Source: a virus
IMG/VR virus record: IMGVR_UViG_3300045988_044216
Location: 1 to 32,806 of that record
DNA: 32,806 nucleotides
Reading direction: 5' to 3' (one strand)
Positions 32,724-32,806 of the stretch are shown piece after piece. How positions within the stretch are numbered: position 1 is the stretch's first letter; every line of letters begins with the position of its first letter. The notes under the pieces were generated by a model. That model made no database searches and was not told the origin of the DNA. It saw nothing but the letters and a program-made list of their open reading frames with translations. The position numbers and the translations under genes were made by a program.

Positions 32724-32806
32724 ATGGCAACAGAGAAATCAACGGCAGTAGCCGAGAACGAAGTAACAACGGCAGTAGCCGATACCGAGAACGAAGTAAC
32801 AACGGC
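32724..32806 (+). CDS. 5' part of the wrap-around repeat-containing gene (continues at nt 1)
   Basis: ATG 32724, translating as MATEKSTAVAENEVTTAVADTENEVTTA... The frame is continuous with nt 1-366 after collapsing the 50-nt duplicate. Confidence 0.6.
   Translation, partial: MATEKSTAVAENEVTTAVADTENEVTT
32757..32806. repeat. Terminal 50-nt duplicate of nt 1-50 (circular closure signature)
   Basis: Base-by-base identity of nt 32757-32806 with nt 1-50. Confidence 0.95.

Noticed and set aside
20114-32806. Stop-codon reassignment (TAG or TGA recoding, as in some Bacteroidota phages) in late genes
   Set aside because: All late ORFs are intact under the standard code. I checked six junctions (366/369, 9980/9982, 22487/22489, 23730/23733, 24710/24715, 31461/31464), and in each the next gene starts in a different frame, so read-through would not join them.

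Overview
The window is one complete tailed-phage genome of about 32.76 kb. It is circularly closed, since nt 1-50 are identical to nt 32757-32806, and every credible gene is on the + strand.

Host: probably Bacteroidota. TAnnTTTG -7 boxes, some with a TTTG -33 box, sit in front of many genes, and Shine-Dalgarno sequences are almost absent.

Late unit: it starts at a promoter at 20008-20042. In order it carries terS, terL, neck/tail genes, an 834-aa tape-measure-like protein, a prohead protease-scaffold fusion, the major capsid gene and three tandem paralogous ~180-aa structural genes. It then crosses the window junction into a small repeat-containing gene, followed by portal, holin, GH108 endolysin and a membrane-anchored coiled-coil protein, and ends at a terminator at 3443-3478.

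Early/replication unit (3972-19149): small early genes, a DUF2800-type nuclease, a DUF2815-type SSB, a calcineurin-like phosphoesterase, a family A DNA polymerase and a primase/VapE-like helicase. These are followed by a lipoprotein, a DUF3310-domain protein, a VRR-NUC nuclease, an SNF2 helicase, a radical SAM enzyme and several small acidic proteins. The unit ends at a terminator at 19193-19235.

The two units are separated by two gene-free regions (3479-3971 and 19236-20113). These regions are paralogous to each other and packed with oriented copies of a 12-mer (GTCACGGATAAC) and TGTAAC/GTTACA hexamers around AT-rich cores. I consider this the most unusual feature.

Other points worth a second look:
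- a G8 tract that separates the third paralogous structural gene from a +1-frame Cys-rich extension
- an orphan radical SAM gene followed by acidic mini-proteins
- an HExxH mini-protein with its own copy of the late promoter
- a lipoprotein moron
- a non-canonical late-gene order

I saw no integrase, repressor, tRNA, CRISPR array or reverse transcriptase. All family assignments come from motifs I recognise by eye; no database search was run.
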